A stretch of DNA of 61,190 nt, filler included, from Sphacelaria rigidula (lineage: Eukaryota), in the NCBI GenBank assembly GCA_964200075.2. It is 9 parts of 9 records of this genome, joined end to end, with 100 filler letters (N's around TTAATTAATTAA, not from the genome) between each part and the next. Parts side by side here need not be neighbours in the genome. Positions count along the whole stretch, not along the records: positions 1 to 6,711 come from CAXNAA020018471.1; positions 6,812 to 13,522 come from CAXNAA020018472.1; 7 more parts are not named here. One strand, written 5' to 3'. The notes beneath the pieces were generated by a model. The model worked only from the letters and a program-made list of their open reading frames with translations, searched no databases and had not been told where the DNA came from. The position numbers were made by a program, and so were the translations under genes. This document shows positions 1 through 12,803 of this stretch, piece after piece; the stretch's first letter is position 1, and the number at the start of each line of letters is the position of its first letter.

Positions 1-994
1 TGGTCAGGAATGACGTGTCTGGCGTCTAAACGAAACAGTGGCGTGTTGCTGAAAATCCGCGTATGTAACTGCAGGGTTATAACGAAGACCGAAAGTTTCA
101 TCTAGTCTTTTTTCAGGTGCAGGGTGCGCATTAGGTGGTGTACATCTAGCAAGCAGGATGTGTCGCGGTAGAGGGCTTCCAACAGGATGCGGCGACCGGC
201 GGGCCGTCCGCCACTTGTGGCTTTGGATTATACGCTTGTCCTCATCACCTTGTCACAAAGCCCTTTGTGGTCGGGGCGGGCCGTCATTGCCCCCTTTGTT
301 GTGTGTGGCAAATTCTCTTCGGAGGGTATCAGCGTTGTGGCGCGCATACATACAGCAGTATAGTACAGTACACTGTAGTAGGCCTCTTCGACTGAAGCAG
401 CAGCTGCCGCTGCTTACTCTCTTGCACGTTCTGGTTAATTCTCAGCTACCGAGATCAACTACCTCTATACCGCTTCTTCATCGCCGCCTACTACAACATG
501 TTAACTGCACCCTGCAGGTCATCGCCAGAGGGATGAGCAGAACTCATGACAGCAGATCCTTGCGTGTTTCGACAACCCACCTGGTTTTAGGGCGTGGTGA
601 AAATAACCACATGGTAGCATGTACACTCCTTCCCGGTTTTCCGGTCGACCCTGTGTTGGTGTAATAACTACGTTTTAGTAGGAAATTAAGACCCAAAAAC
701 CCCACCGGAAAACTCGGGAACGGGATACTGAGTGCAAGTCATATCATACAAGCAAGCTCCGACCGCCCTGCACTTGGAAAACTGCGAAGGCTTATCTGGG
801 CCAGGGATAGGGTCCCCACACGATCTTTACAGTGGCATCATACTCGCCAACAACCCCAGCACTGGTCGTTCGGGTCTGGTCGATAAATTTCGCCTTGCCG
901 TGATTGGGCAGGTCGCTCGAAGACTTGTTTTTTATTATTTCACCAAGACAGTGTCAACCCTGTGCTAGTGGGGGGTCGGTCCCAAAAGGGTTAA

Positions 995-1145
995 GCGCCT
1001 CATATTGGCAACATTGGCGATAACGAGCCCAAGCGTGAGAATTCCCAGCTGCTCGTTGTGCTCGGCTTTTCGCATTTCGAATTACGTGGAGATTTCACTT
1101 CCCAAAACCATGCACTTTTGGGGGGGGGCTATCGTAGAAAGAGTC
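995..1145 (-). mobile_element. Partial copy of the GAC-terminus MITE, truncated at a TTAA by a piggyBac-like end (975-994)
   Basis: Reverse-complement match to 57920-58075. Preceded by GGTCCCAAAAGGG-TTAA, the same end as at 4541-4557. Confidence 0.75.
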
Positions 1146-2169
1146 TATTAGTATGGTGTAAATGACATTCTCGTGGAGGAGGACTTTGTGAACTCACGGG
1201 AGAGTTATGGCTCGTGCGACAAAGGTGACGTGTCTGCGTGTAGAGATGTCAAATCGTTGTGCGCTGACGTATTCTCTGATGTATTCCTGTCACGCAAAAT
1301 GTCGTTCTACAATTCCTTTATATATATTCGTCATTATTTTCCTTGCCTCCTTTTTCATTCACTTTCTCCTTCCTCTTTTGTCTCCCCCCATTTTTTTTTG
1401 TGGATGTGTGAGTGTCGGAAGAGAGTAGCCGATCAGAACAAACTGAATCTGGCCATTACAATATTGATTCCTTTGCGTTGGCCGTTTTTGCGAGGTTAAA
1501 GCATCCGAGAATCTGGTCATGGGTTTGTTTCGTCTTGTCACTCGTTTCGTGTTTTGCTTTCCATACATGCATGCATACAGCAAATGCGATGGTCGCCAGT
1601 ATCCCGCGAACTAGTAAACTTGAGCACGTGTAATGTTGACCAGCAATGCAGCGATAACATGCGCACAGCAGTTATGGATAGTATGTACACCTTGCGCGAC
1701 TTTGCGCCACTCCATCTCTTGGTCCCAACACCTTGTTGTTGTTGTTGTTGTTGTTGTCAGTCACGCAGCGAGGAATCTAGCGTTTTCATTGTCCATGCCG
1801 AAGCGTGGCTGGTGTACTTGTCTCTGTATTCACGTCGTGTTTTACTTCCACGGAGCGCACCGCCTCGGTTCCTTTGGTCAAGGGTCCTTGTTTTTGCGCC
1901 GTAGCTACGCCCTCCCCCTCCCCTCTCCCCCGCCCTTTCGCCCTAATTTGCCAGGTTTGGCCTTGATGAGCAATGTAGACTTTGGACTCGACATCCACCC
2001 ACAACACCACCCACGGTACCTCGCTATCTTGCTCTCCCCTTGCCCCCACCCTTAACCTTGTCAAGTCCGACTATTGTTGTCGGTCTCTCAGGTATTTTCC
2101 ATGCATCTAAGTTTATATGACGCCGGATCATGCCACAATTATTATCATTATTATTTCCGGACATTGGTC

Positions 2170-2863
2170 GGATCTCGCGAGCCCGTGGTCACACACGTAA
2201 GCTCGTCTTTCCAATACCGTCCCTGCTATTACTCAGAAGACATATGACCAGAAATGAAAATAAGAAGAGAGACGCCACGAAAACATGTGAGAAGTAGCTC
2301 GCCCGCCCGGGAGAAAGAAAAAAAGGAAGGAAAAAACAAACAAACAAATAACAGCAACGCCGGATCTGCCACAAAGTACACCGAAAGAAAGGAAGAGAGA
2401 AGATGATCAAAGACAAGACAAGATAAGACAGGTGACTCAAGGAGATTAGCATGGCCACCAAGTTAGGATTCAATTCAAAAGCAACCCCAGGCACCCTCAT
2501 AGGCGACTATCACAGCTGCTCGGAAAAAGGCGGCAGATGTACCAGCGAGTGTACTGCCCGACGGACTACATGTCACTCTTTGGGGGTCCTCGGTCGGCAC
2601 TGGGGGAACTGTAGAGGCAGTACAAGAAAGAACTCCTTAACTTGGTGTGCTTTGGTCCAGGCTGCCACGCACAAGCTAGCCCCCTCCTCTACAACTCGAG
2701 ACCATTCGATCACATCTTGGGCAACCTGCGTCCTCGATGTCGCGTTTGTTCCGAAGTATGAGTAGACCGTGATGCTATGTTGTAGGCGCCTTGCGGGTCG
2801 ACCTGCCCTCGTTTTCCCTCCAACCATCACTCCACGCATAACTATGTTGGGGAGGCGGTGCAT
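2170..2863 (-). mobile_element. 3' fragment of an RTE-like LINE (ORF2 C-terminus plus 3' UTR)
   Basis: RLPNIVMRGVMVGGKTRAGRPARRLQ...EWSRVVEEGA resembles the RTE ORF2 C-terminus. It is followed by a pyrimidine-rich UTR ending near GACCACGG. Confidence 0.7.
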
Positions 2864-2964
2864 ACTGCAATGATACTTGGAACATGTTCAGTATTCCATG
2901 CTGTCCATCTCTTCCTGTCCCTCAAATTCGAACTTTCTACTCTCTGCTTCGTCCCACTGTGCAG

Positions 2965-3206
2965 CTTCGGCTGGAATGAGGGCGATGCGTTGGGCAGGGA
3001 CTGGCTCGGCGCTTATGACCCCTCCCCAGGTCCGGTCCCCTCTCTGCCCTCCGTGACCGGGATCGCCGCGGGCTCTAGGCATGCCTGCGTCGTGACGGCC
3101 GCGGGCCCCACCTTGGGGCGGCACTTGACTGCACTGCTGGAGGATGACAGTGGTTTGGCAGATGTGGAGCTCCTCGCGCCTGATGCCGCACGCTGTGGAG
3201 AAAGAG
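2965..3206 (+). CDS. Internal exon of an RCC1-repeat protein, probably continuing into a BTB/POZ domain
   Basis: Pyrimidine tract plus tgcag acceptor at 2964 and gtgcgt donor at 3207. FGWNEGDALGR...PGPVPSLPSVTGIAAGSRHACVVT is an RCC1 repeat; LTALLEDDSGLADVEL resembles a BTB start. Confidence 0.75.
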
Positions 3207-4255
3207 GTGCGTGTGTATCGGTGCACGCGCGTGTGTGCCTGCGAGCATGGTCGGCTGTTTTTTGTATTGTTTCAGGTGGAGTAGTCCGCCACGATGCCAG
3301 CCTTGACCCCAATGATGTCCCGATATATTCTATGTTTGACGTGTTTCTATATATATGTGTGTGCGTGTGTATTCATGACGTAATCACACGGCCGAGAGGA
3401 TGATGACGATATTCGGGAGTCGTCTTGTAATTCCTCGTGAACCAGGCGTTGACGTTGTGCGCTGTATTTCCATACTCATTTAATATACTGCACGTGGCCG
3501 CCGCGCCCCGATGATGGTCGCATGTAGGTGGGGGAAAAAAAAAAACGCGGGCTGGGTTCCCGACAGATGTGTTTAGTTCGATAATTTCTTGTTACAGGTA
3601 TTTTTCATTTCCGTCGTTGAAGACTCGTGGACGTACGTGAGTAGCAAAGGGAAATTGTTTGAGTTGAGTTTGTTGAATGAGAGTCAACGCGGTGCTGGAA
3701 TCCCGATGATTATGATCCAATCCGCGATACCAAAAATGTGAGGCATGTACCGGGGGAGACATGTGTTGTTGTCCCTCGAGACCGCGGACTCGTCCCAAGA
3801 ATGGGGACGAGTGAGAATTGAGATGATACGGGTTACAGGTGAGACGGAACGGGTTAGAAGTGAGACGGGAAGGAATCAAGAAACGTATGTCGGGGTATCC
3901 AATGTAAAAAGTATCGCAGCTTGGACAACATACGATCAATGGTTGCAGTAGACAAAGAAAAATTGTACCGCGTAAAATCTAGGCCCATTAATTGCAACTA
4001 TTGTCGATCGACAAAATGGATAGTTGCAACATGCATGTACTTTACGCACTCTACATATTTTTGTCTGTTACAACTTTTTTCTATCCGATCTTACCGCGGC
4101 TTTGCGCTGGATGCAACTTTTTTTTTTCTAATAATAAAAATAATAATAATAACAACTATTGACGATATATATGTATCGTCCAGGGTGTGAAAAGTATGCA
4201 AGCACAATCCTAAATCGAAAGTCCAATTGGGATTGAATGATTTGTCGTACATTGA

Positions 4256-4553
4256 CCCTTTTGAACCGGACTCCCAGAAAGATGTGGTTTGCACCCGGGG
4301 ACCCTTTTTTGTTTGTTTGTGAATCGGCATCATTTTTTACTAAAAAACACGATTAAAAATGCATAATTTTTACTTGAAAACACGATTGAGAATGCATAAT
4401 TTCTACTTGAAAACGAATGAAAATGTATCATATTTCCCTGAAAATAACTGAGAAAGTATCATTTTTACTTGAGAACGACTGAAAATGATGCCGATTCACA
4501 GAAAGGCCCCAGCGTGTAAACCACATGTTTGTGGGAGTCCGGTCCCAAAAGGG
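4256..4553. mobile_element. piggyBac-like MITE (about 298 bp)
   Basis: CCCTTTTG...CAAAAGGG termini, about 75-bp imperfect TIRs, flanks TTGA/TTAA, internal degenerate about 30-bp tandem units. Confidence 0.8.
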
Positions 4554-5349
4554 TTAACTCATCCCCGGGGGATCCAGCCGTCGTTGCACAATAGACTCAC
4601 CCAATGTACGCAAGAACGGAAGCCGCGAGGCGGTTCTAGGCGAGCCTCGGGGTAATCGGCGCACGAACCCGTTCGCGGGGTAAAGTGTTGGGTGACTTTT
4701 TTTCCCCTGTCCGCGGGGTAATTGGGGAAAAACGAAAGGAAGACGAGCTGTGGGAAACTCGAGAAAGGAAGTAAGCATAGCATGTATTCATGCATTTTCG
4801 TGTGCTGTACGATAACCAAGAGATATGTACAGGTGGTGCCAATATGTACGATATGGCAGGGCGATACGGAGTCCAGCTGTGGTCACTATTATGATAATAA
4901 GAGGTAGACGTGAGTGCCGAAGGTGAATGACCAGCAGCACGCGCTCGCCAAAGAAAACTCAAGAGTGGGCAAAAATGAAGAAAAACATGGAAAAATAAGA
5001 AGAAACCGAAAAAAGAGGTGAAAGTAAGTTGATATGGACGCTAGCCAGACGAAGAAATGGTACCGTCTCTGATAACATGAAATAAAATGCTTACAAGGCT
5101 CCTGCCAGAGGTCTGAAGAGACCGCGCCATGCCAGAAATCTCATCCGCCCGCATTACCGGAAGAAAATGGGACGTACACGCAAAATAAATCGGGTTCAGA
5201 AGAAGACGAAAAGGGAGAAGCAAGTGAAAGAAAGAAACTCAGCAATAAAAGCAGAGTATGATACAGGAACAGGAACCAAACTAGGGAACGTCGTTGGCGC
5301 TTTGTTGTCGCCTACTTGTTGGGGTACCCTGTGAAAAGATACCAAGGGT

Positions 5350-5935
5350 AGGTCGAGTAGAGTATGTACTCTTGAGTACTCGAGTAAAATACTCAAGTAT
5401 TTACTCTACTCGACGTTTGAGTAGGTCGAGAATGGCCTCAAATACTTCACTCAAATTTTGAGTAGGTTGAGAATGGCCTCAAATACTCTACTCAAATGTT
5501 GAGTACGCACTCTCAGTAATACTTGAGTATAGAGTATCACCTGAGTACGACCTCAATACTCTGCTCAAATTTCGAGTACGTTGAGTACGGCCTCGAATAC
5601 TCTACTCAAATTTTGAGTAGGTCGAGTATTGTCTCAAGTACTTTACTCAAATTTTGAGTAGATTAAGTATGGTCTCAGATACTCTACTCAAATATTCAGT
5701 AAGTACTCCCGGTAATACTTGAGTACAGAGTATCACTTGAGTATGAACTCAATACTCTACTCAAATTTTGAGTACGTCGACTACGGCCTCAAATACTCTT
5801 CTCAATTTTCGAGTAGGTTGAGTATGGTCTCAAATAATCTACTCAAATTTTGAGTAGGTCGAGTACGACCTCAAATACTCTACTCAAATATTGAGTAGGT
5901 ACTCTCAGTAATACTTGAGTATAGAGTACCCCTTG
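5350..5935. repeat. 41-bp palindromic tandem repeat, block 1, with 196-bp higher-order period
   Basis: Consensus GAGTACGGCCTCAAATACTCTACTCAAATTTTGAGTAGGTC. A variant unit recurs at 5508, 5704 and 5900. Confidence 0.9.
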
Positions 5936-6219
5936 GGTATGGTGAGTACCCCTGACAGTCGGCTACTTCGTGACGTCAGTTCATGGACGATGTTGAATGC
6001 ATGGACAAACGATGGCCATCAATTAGATGGGCGGCATTACATCACAGCCAACAAGGAGTACGAGCGAATGATGGCCATAACAAAATCGAGAAGCTTGCAG
6101 GTGAACGAACCTACCTGCCCCAGCGCCCCATCTCACCAGCCCCCACCTACGACAATTTATACTCGATACCTCGCAACGCCTTCGATATCACTTTCAGTAC
6201 AAAGCGCTACTCATCATCA

Positions 6220-6258
6220 TCGAGTAATCGAGTAATCGAGTAATCGAGTAATCGAGTA
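6220..6258. repeat. (TCGAGTAA)n minisatellite, about 5 copies
   Basis: Read directly from the sequence. Confidence 0.9.
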
Positions 6259-6444
6259 GGTATCATCAAAATGAGCGCCTCTACTGGCCATGGTTTGACA
6301 AGACAGTTTGGCCTCGAATCAACACTCATCATGGATGGGCGACTCTAGGAATACCTTGGTATTTCCTCTACCCGAATTTGAGTATCTTGCGTACGAACTT
6401 GAATGTTGAAGTTGAAGTTACTGTATACGTATTCGGTACATCGG

Positions 6445-6676
6445 ATCCGGCCTCAGATACTCCACTCAAATTTTGAGTGGAGCGAGTACGGCCTCAAATA
6501 CTCTACTCAAATTTTGAGTAGGTCGAGTACGGCCTCCAATACTCTACTCAAATTTTGAGTAGGTCGAGTACGACCTCAAATACTCTACTCAAATTTTGAG
6601 TAAGTACTCTCAGTAATGCTTGAGTACAGAGTATCACTTGAGTATGACCTTACTACTCTACTCAAATTTTGAGTAC
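6445..6676. repeat. 41-bp palindromic tandem repeat, block 2
   Basis: Same unit and orientation as block 1; variant unit at 6605; runs almost to the contig end. Confidence 0.9.
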
Positions 6677-6711
6677 AGTAGTCAGAAACAGAAGTATGCA
6701 GAATCCGTAAT

Positions 6712-6811
6712 NNNNNNNNNNNNNNNNNNNNNNNNNNNNNNNNNNNNNNNNNNNNTTAATTAATTAANNNNNNNNNNNNNNNNNNNNNNNNNNNNNNNNN
6801 NNNNNNNNNNN
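6712..6811. other. Artificial contig spacer (44 N + TTAATTAATTAA + 44 N), one of eight
   Basis: Identical 100-bp spacers at 6712, 13523, 20333, 27143, 33953, 40763, 47573 and 54382. The core gives stops in all six frames, and contig lengths decrease from 6711 to 6709 bp. Confidence 0.98.
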
Positions 6812-7389
6812 CACCCCTGCCTAGCATTGCTCTGTTCCGAGATGTAAATTACGAATACCAAGCCCAATTTTCACCCAATCTCTACATGCTTTAAATCGTA
6901 GTAACCGTCATCGACACGGGAATCTTACGAGAAAATCATATTTTAAAAACGGTTACTACGGGGGTCAAATTATACCGGAAACCGTGATGTTTCGATGACG
7001 TCGGGTGTCCGCGTCGTCTAATTTCCACTAATGATACCCACGAAAGACCCAGGGAGCCTCGTGACGGTGTTCCCTACATCTGTTGTAGAAAAGCTCATAT
7101 CGCCCTCAAACTCGGCAGTTCCGTAGGTATTGACGCTCGAAATGGAAAAATTGTGTTTTTGACAATATATTATGTTTTCTCCGTTCTTTACCGGCTTCCG
7201 GGGGTCCCAGCATGAAGACCTCCGGAAGGCGGTACACAATGCGCTAAAAACAAAATTATGATATGATGCGTCCCGGGAGAGTCCAAGGAACACATGTACA
7301 AAGTTTGGTGAAGAAACTCGAAAACCTCATACAGTGTTTCTTGCCTTGACGTCAAATTCACCCCAGAAGACGTTTCAAGCCCACGTCCT

Positions 7390-8870
7390 CCACAAACGCG
7401 CAAAACTTCACCCTGTCATTGGGAGTTAGATCCTGAAACTTCGCATAAAAATGCTATGCATCATCACGCAACTTTCTACGGACGGTGTATTTTGTACTTC
7501 TTGAGTTCTTCACCGTTTTTCGGGGGTCCGACGGGATCGAAGTCGTATTTCGAAGCAGTCTCAATTCTGGGACCCCAGAAAAACGGCACTACGATTTTTT
7601 TTTTTTCGCCAACTACCTGCCTCCGCACAACCCAAGGATCGGCTCCACAATTTTTCGTCGCACAACTCGATCAACTCATGCTTGAATTTCCATGTTCACG
7701 TCAAAAAATGTCAAAAAACGCCGTTTTGGCACTAAAATCAAGTAGTTTGCGGTTTCGCCGCGGCACGGCAAAGTTCATCGCACAAAAGTAAAAAACCTCA
7801 CGCCGTTTCAAGGAGTTGGACCCTGAACTTCGCACAACTGTGCTTTGGATCATTATGCAACTTTGGATGGAAGAGATATTTTGTGTTCTACCGTTCTACG
7901 GGGGTCACGGCAGCGGTGCCTACCCGATTTTCGAAGTAGTATGCCTTTTGGGACCCCAGAAAAACGGCACTACGACATTTTTTTCTCAGTTTTTCGCAGA
8001 CTATCTGCCTCCGCACACCCCAAGAATGGGCTCCACAAATTTTCGTCGCAAAACGCGATCAAGTGATGCTTGAATTTCCATGTTCACGTCAAAGAAGGCC
8101 CAACAACGCCGTGTTGGTACTGAAATCAAGTAGTTTGCGGTTTCACCGCGGCACGGCAGAGTTCATCGTACGAAAGCCAAAACCTCACGCCGTTTTCAAG
8201 AGGTAGACCCTGAAATTTTGTACAACTGTGCTTTGGATCATTATCCAACTTTGGATGGACGAGTTTTTTTTTTTATCTTGTTGTATTGTTACCGTATTTC
8301 GGGGGTCACCACGCCAAGCGACAGTGCTTAACCGATTTTCGAAATGGTCTCCATTTTAGGACCCCAAAAAAACGGCACTACGATTTTTTTGCTCATTTTT
8401 TCGCAAACAACCTGTCTTTTCATAACCCAAGGATGGGCTCCACAATTTTTCGTCACAAAACTCGATCAACTGATGCTTCGATTTCCATGTTCACGTCAAA
8501 GAAGGCTCAAAAACGCCGTGTCGGTACAAAAATCAAGTAGTTTGCGGTTTCACCGTGGTACGGGAAACTTCATCGCACACAGGCCAAAAACCTCACGCCG
8601 TTTTCAGGAGTTAGACCCTGAAATTTTGCACAACTGTGCTTTGGATCATTATGCACCTTTGGATGGACGAGTTTTTCTTCGTTTTTTTGTTACACAGTTC
8701 TACCGGGGTCCGATTGGGTGGAGGTTTCCCCCCCAAAACTGGGACTCCCGAAAAACGGTGAAAAGAGTCACACAGTAAAAAAAACTCGATCATCGAAAGT
8801 TGCGCAATTACCCATAGAACATTTGTGCAAAATTTCAGGGTCCAACTCCTTAAAACGGCGTGAGGTTTTG
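7390..8870. repeat. About 390-410-bp tandem repeat (3.3 copies) plus an inverted partial unit
   Basis: GAGTTrGACCCTGAA..GCACAACTGTGCTTTGGATCATTATGCA recurs near 7422, 7813, 8200 and 8608; inverted copy at about 8775-8870. Confidence 0.88.
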
Positions 8871-9301
8871 CTGATGAGTGTTTTCGGGTGATCACCGTGA
8901 ACCAGCCTGTAGATACACATACATCTATGAACGTACACAGCTGCGGCCCAACCGAATTGCATGGTTGCCATATCCGGGTCTACCCTTGCTTATGGTCCGC
9001 CAAACGGAGGCTGTGCATCTTCAAGCGTTGTAAATGGGGTCCGTGGTTGTTACGAAGGATAAGACTTGACCTTGCACGTGGGCCGACTTCGCGATCTCAT
9101 AGCAGGGTCCATCCCTGACCAGGGTTCCTGTAAATATTTCACCCGGCACAATGTTCGACGTTGTCCACGGTGCGCATTTTCAGACACCATGACAGGTGAC
9201 AACATGGTCTATCGGGGTCTTGTGAAAAACGCAACCTTAGCGGGGTGCTATACCCGTTAGCCGGAAGGGGCATCCATGCACGAATTAATAGTTCATCTCA
9301 T

Positions 9302-9600
9302 AAGATCCGTCTCCCTCCACAGTGTCTGACCCTGTGCAGGGACCGAAAATTTGGAAACCGTGTCTGGTGGTCGACCCTGCCAAAATCATCGCAAAAATCA
9401 ACCTTTACAGGGAGGGTATCGCCCCTCCACCCTGGACAGGGTCTAGCCTCGCACATGGTCCCAACATCCGTCTCCCTGCACAAGGTCGGACCCGGTGCAG
9501 GTTCCAAAATTTTGGATACCTTATTTGGTGGTAGACACTCACGGGGTCGTCAAAGAAGTCAACCTTCACAGGGTATTGTCCCTCCGACCCTGCAGACGGA
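9302..9600. repeat. Two diverged about 160-bp direct repeats
   Basis: ATCCGTCTCCCT...AAAATTTGGA...TCAACCTT.ACAGGG near 9305 and 9465. Confidence 0.8.
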
Positions 9601-9794
9601 GCCGAATGTCCGCATGTGATGGCATTTTTGAAGTAAAAATCACCACGAAGAAACAGAGGATCCACCCATGGGTTGACACGTTCTCCATGGCCGTTCAAAC
9701 TGGCGGTCCTGATAGAGTCAACACAAGTGATGAACCAAAGTTCATAAAAAAGCGCCATGATGTTGTCTGTTCCGGTGCACGCCACGCTCTCTAC

Positions 9795-9857
9795 CTTGGG
9801 TTTGTGTGCCTCTCGGGGTACACGAAGTGGCAGTTTTTCCCTCTCCGTTGATACTTT
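9795..9857 (-). pseudogene. Putative degenerate second exon of the Zn2Cys6 gene
   Basis: KYQRRGKNCHFVYPERHTNP then ag|gtagag. Y-x6-C fits Cys5-x6-Cys6 if TAT derives from TGT; the in-frame acceptor reads AC rather than AG. Confidence 0.45.
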
Positions 9858-10846
9858 GTCGGCGTGCATGTTACATGCATGGGAAGCAAGCGTGCGTGGA
9901 GTTTCGAGCTTTGAAATGATGAAATAATCAACCCACAGCATTTCCTTTGTTGGAGCCAGCAGTGGAGAGTCAAGTAGACCCGACTACGCGACGAGTGGTG
10001 AGAGATGAGAGAAAGCGCGACATCATTTTATTACTATATACTCTGCGTTGGTTTTGCTGGCTCCGATCGAAAGTGCGATTCAAGTCACCACGGTCGGAGC
10101 GGTAGGCGGCACTCACCAGCCGCGCGTATTTTCATCATTATCCCAGGGTGTCGATGGTGCACCCGGGTGCACGAATAACTCTCCGCACCGCATCGTCATT
10201 CTAAACACCTCGGGAACGACGTTTTGCAAAACCAGTCGGGCTAGTCCCTGCAGAGACCACACCCCTGACACTAACCGTAGCCCTAACTCCACAGGGATGC
10301 TCAACCATAGGGATGCTTGATTCCGATGCGGTCCCCTAAGCACGCGGTCCCCCCACGAATTACAACAGGTATGATGAATTTGTGCAACCCTGAAAGTTCG
10401 ACGGCGATCTTGTGTGAACAATCCGAACAATCCTGTTTCATGGAGATGCGGCCTGACATTCGGAGATCCATGCGTTCAGCATGCGGGAGTACAGCTGTTG
10501 TACCACTGGTTCACTCAACTGCACCATACCGTACAGAACCGCGAGACAATATAGCAGGTCTACAAAGTACAGCAATCGCCCCGAGTATGTTGACATTCCC
10601 ACAGAGAGGAGGTTGCCGGGTGACATGATACAGTACTTTCGGCACCGCCATTGACAGGTTACGAGACACACCCGATGAAAGTGTACACCCGGCGTACCTG
10701 CCTGTTCCTTGACATGATGTTCGAACGCACATGTAATATATCTTCCATGCCGTTCAGCAAACATATTGCGACCCTCGCCCCCCCGCGCCCTCCTCCCAAG
10801 GACCCGAAGATACACCACAAGATTCGTTTTTTACTCTGATGCTCAC

Positions 10847-10977
10847 CGGCAAGGGTTGATGCCATCACCGCCGCACTTTCTCTTTGCACGACCACAGGCC
10901 TCGCAGCTCTTGTTGATGGACGGGCCGAAGATGACTCTCCCGCTTTGGCTGATGCCCTGAAGGGTCACAATGCCCAT
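10847..10977 (-). CDS. First exon of a Zn(II)2Cys6 (GAL4-type) binuclear cluster protein, possibly a pseudogene
   Basis: Hand translation: MGIVTLQGISQSGRVIFGPSINKSCEACGRAKRKCGGDGINPC, which is C-x2-C-x6-C-x7-C, then a phase-2 cg|gtgagc donor. Too short for the ORF track. Confidence 0.75.
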
Positions 10978-12803
10978 GTTTGAATAATACTCCGTCCACA
11001 AACTAGCTCAATTACAGGGGCGTGGAAGCTGCCAGTATCTGTGGACGCGGGCAAAGAGCGCAGCGTATGTGGGCGTATGCTTCGCGGGCAAGAGGGACAG
11101 TGTGGTAAAGTGCGGACATGGAACTGCAGGAGTACTTTCTGCAGGAGAGTATAGCTGCAGGCGAGTAGAACCATGATAGTGTTGGTAGCGGGTAAAGGGC
11201 GGTGTACAATCACTCTGTTACCGTGATTTTTTTCATCGCACTGTTAAGTCCTGTCCACACCTCTGTTGAAGATGCCCATTTATGAAAAAAGTATGGATGG
11301 GTAGTAAAATAGAACGTAGGAATATTACCCCCTTGTCATCCATGTCTCACGCAAGTTGCAGCTTCATGTTACATACTCGAACTGCTCCCGCCGAACACTG
11401 CACTTACGAGGGAATTATGGCAGTATCACGGCGGCACCATACAGTACTCCACCAGCATCATGGTACGCACAGGTGAGAATATACCTCGTCAACATGCGGT
11501 GAACTGTGGTTTCGCTGTTTCCGACAAAACAGCATCATGAACGGTGTCAAGGTCTTATTTCAGACTTGCGTCAAGATTTCGTTTCAGATTTGCGGCGATA
11601 GTTGCCGCGCACGAGTAAATCATCATGGGGACCGCCAAAAATTGGAACCTAGCAGAGAGCGTAGCAGTCTTCGCGATACAAGATGGAATGGATGCATAAA
11701 ACAGTGGTGCGACGGCATATATGAACACGACGACACACCAATACTGTATGAGACTCGACGTTGACTTACTTGCGCCCCGCCCCCCCCTCCTCGGTACAGT
11801 GTCCAAGTTGGTTGCTGCTGTGTACGTACACTGATATTTGGAGGACCTTGACGCTTTGACCGAGGTGCGGGTACTGCATCTGGATCACACACACTTTTTT
11901 CAAGTCAATATTGATGCCGATTCAGCAGGTGACCCACTCTCTTGGTCAAAGGGTCAAGAAAGCAGCTACAGCATGGACAACAACGGCGGTTCACTGACGA
12001 CACACACTACTTTTTTTTCAATAAAACAGTCAATCGCGTTGTTTGCTCATCAAAATATGAAGGCTGGCATTTCACTTATCTACCCCAACTGTACTAATAC
12101 GGTATACTGTTCACAGCGTGAAGCTCCTCGTCGTCTAATGCTTCAACGGAATAATAGTACTATACTCACCTTTTAATCTCCTGCCGGCACCTGAGCGGTG
12201 CTCCAAGTGGTGGTCGACAATATCGACGACCACAAATTCCCTGCTGAATGTCAGGATTTATTAATCAGGGTGGTGGGTGGGATCGGGGCAAATCCATTTT
12301 GCGTTCTTCTTGTTGTTTCTCCTCCAGAAATGTTCGTCCTGAGATATGAAAAAAGATAGTGAAAGATCCATTTGACGGGAAGCGTAGGCCATCTAGTCAA
12401 TCAGCAATTTTCAAGTGAAATTGATGTTGACTCAACAGGCTGCTGTACCTACCCTGGCGGTCAGGCAGTCTAATGTCAGCACATTAAATAATGATGATGG
12501 TTGAAATCACAAATTTCGGTATATCAAGATCGGGATTTTATTTCCCATCGCACTTTTTCGACTCCCAAACAGCGAAAATCGCCAACACACATCTTGGACA
12601 CTTTGCATGACCCCACAGAGGGAATCCTAACCCACTTTTCAGATTCGCGTGGCTCAAAGATTTCGGCAAACTGCATTTGGAGGGGGACAGATCGCCCGGT
12701 AACTTATCAATCATATCGCTCCATTTCGCTTGGGAATCGCCAGAGGAGTACTCTAACACCCAGTGTTGTGCGGTCTAACTCGTAGCGCGTTTCAGACGAA
12801 TAC

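Noticed and set aside
3590..3930. Solo LTR (TGTT...AACA)
   Set aside because: No matching TSD and no second copy in the window.
5350..6676. CRISPR array (palindromic 41-bp repeats)
   Set aside because: Units abut with no unique spacers, the context is eukaryotic, and no cas genes are present.
6756..6767. Periodic TTAATTAATTAA as a biological motif
   Set aside because: Always centred in N-runs; it is an assembly linker.
7456..8895. Family of similar ORFs (ILGPQKNGTT...)
   Set aside because: These are translations of the 400-bp tandem repeat; frames are not conserved between units.
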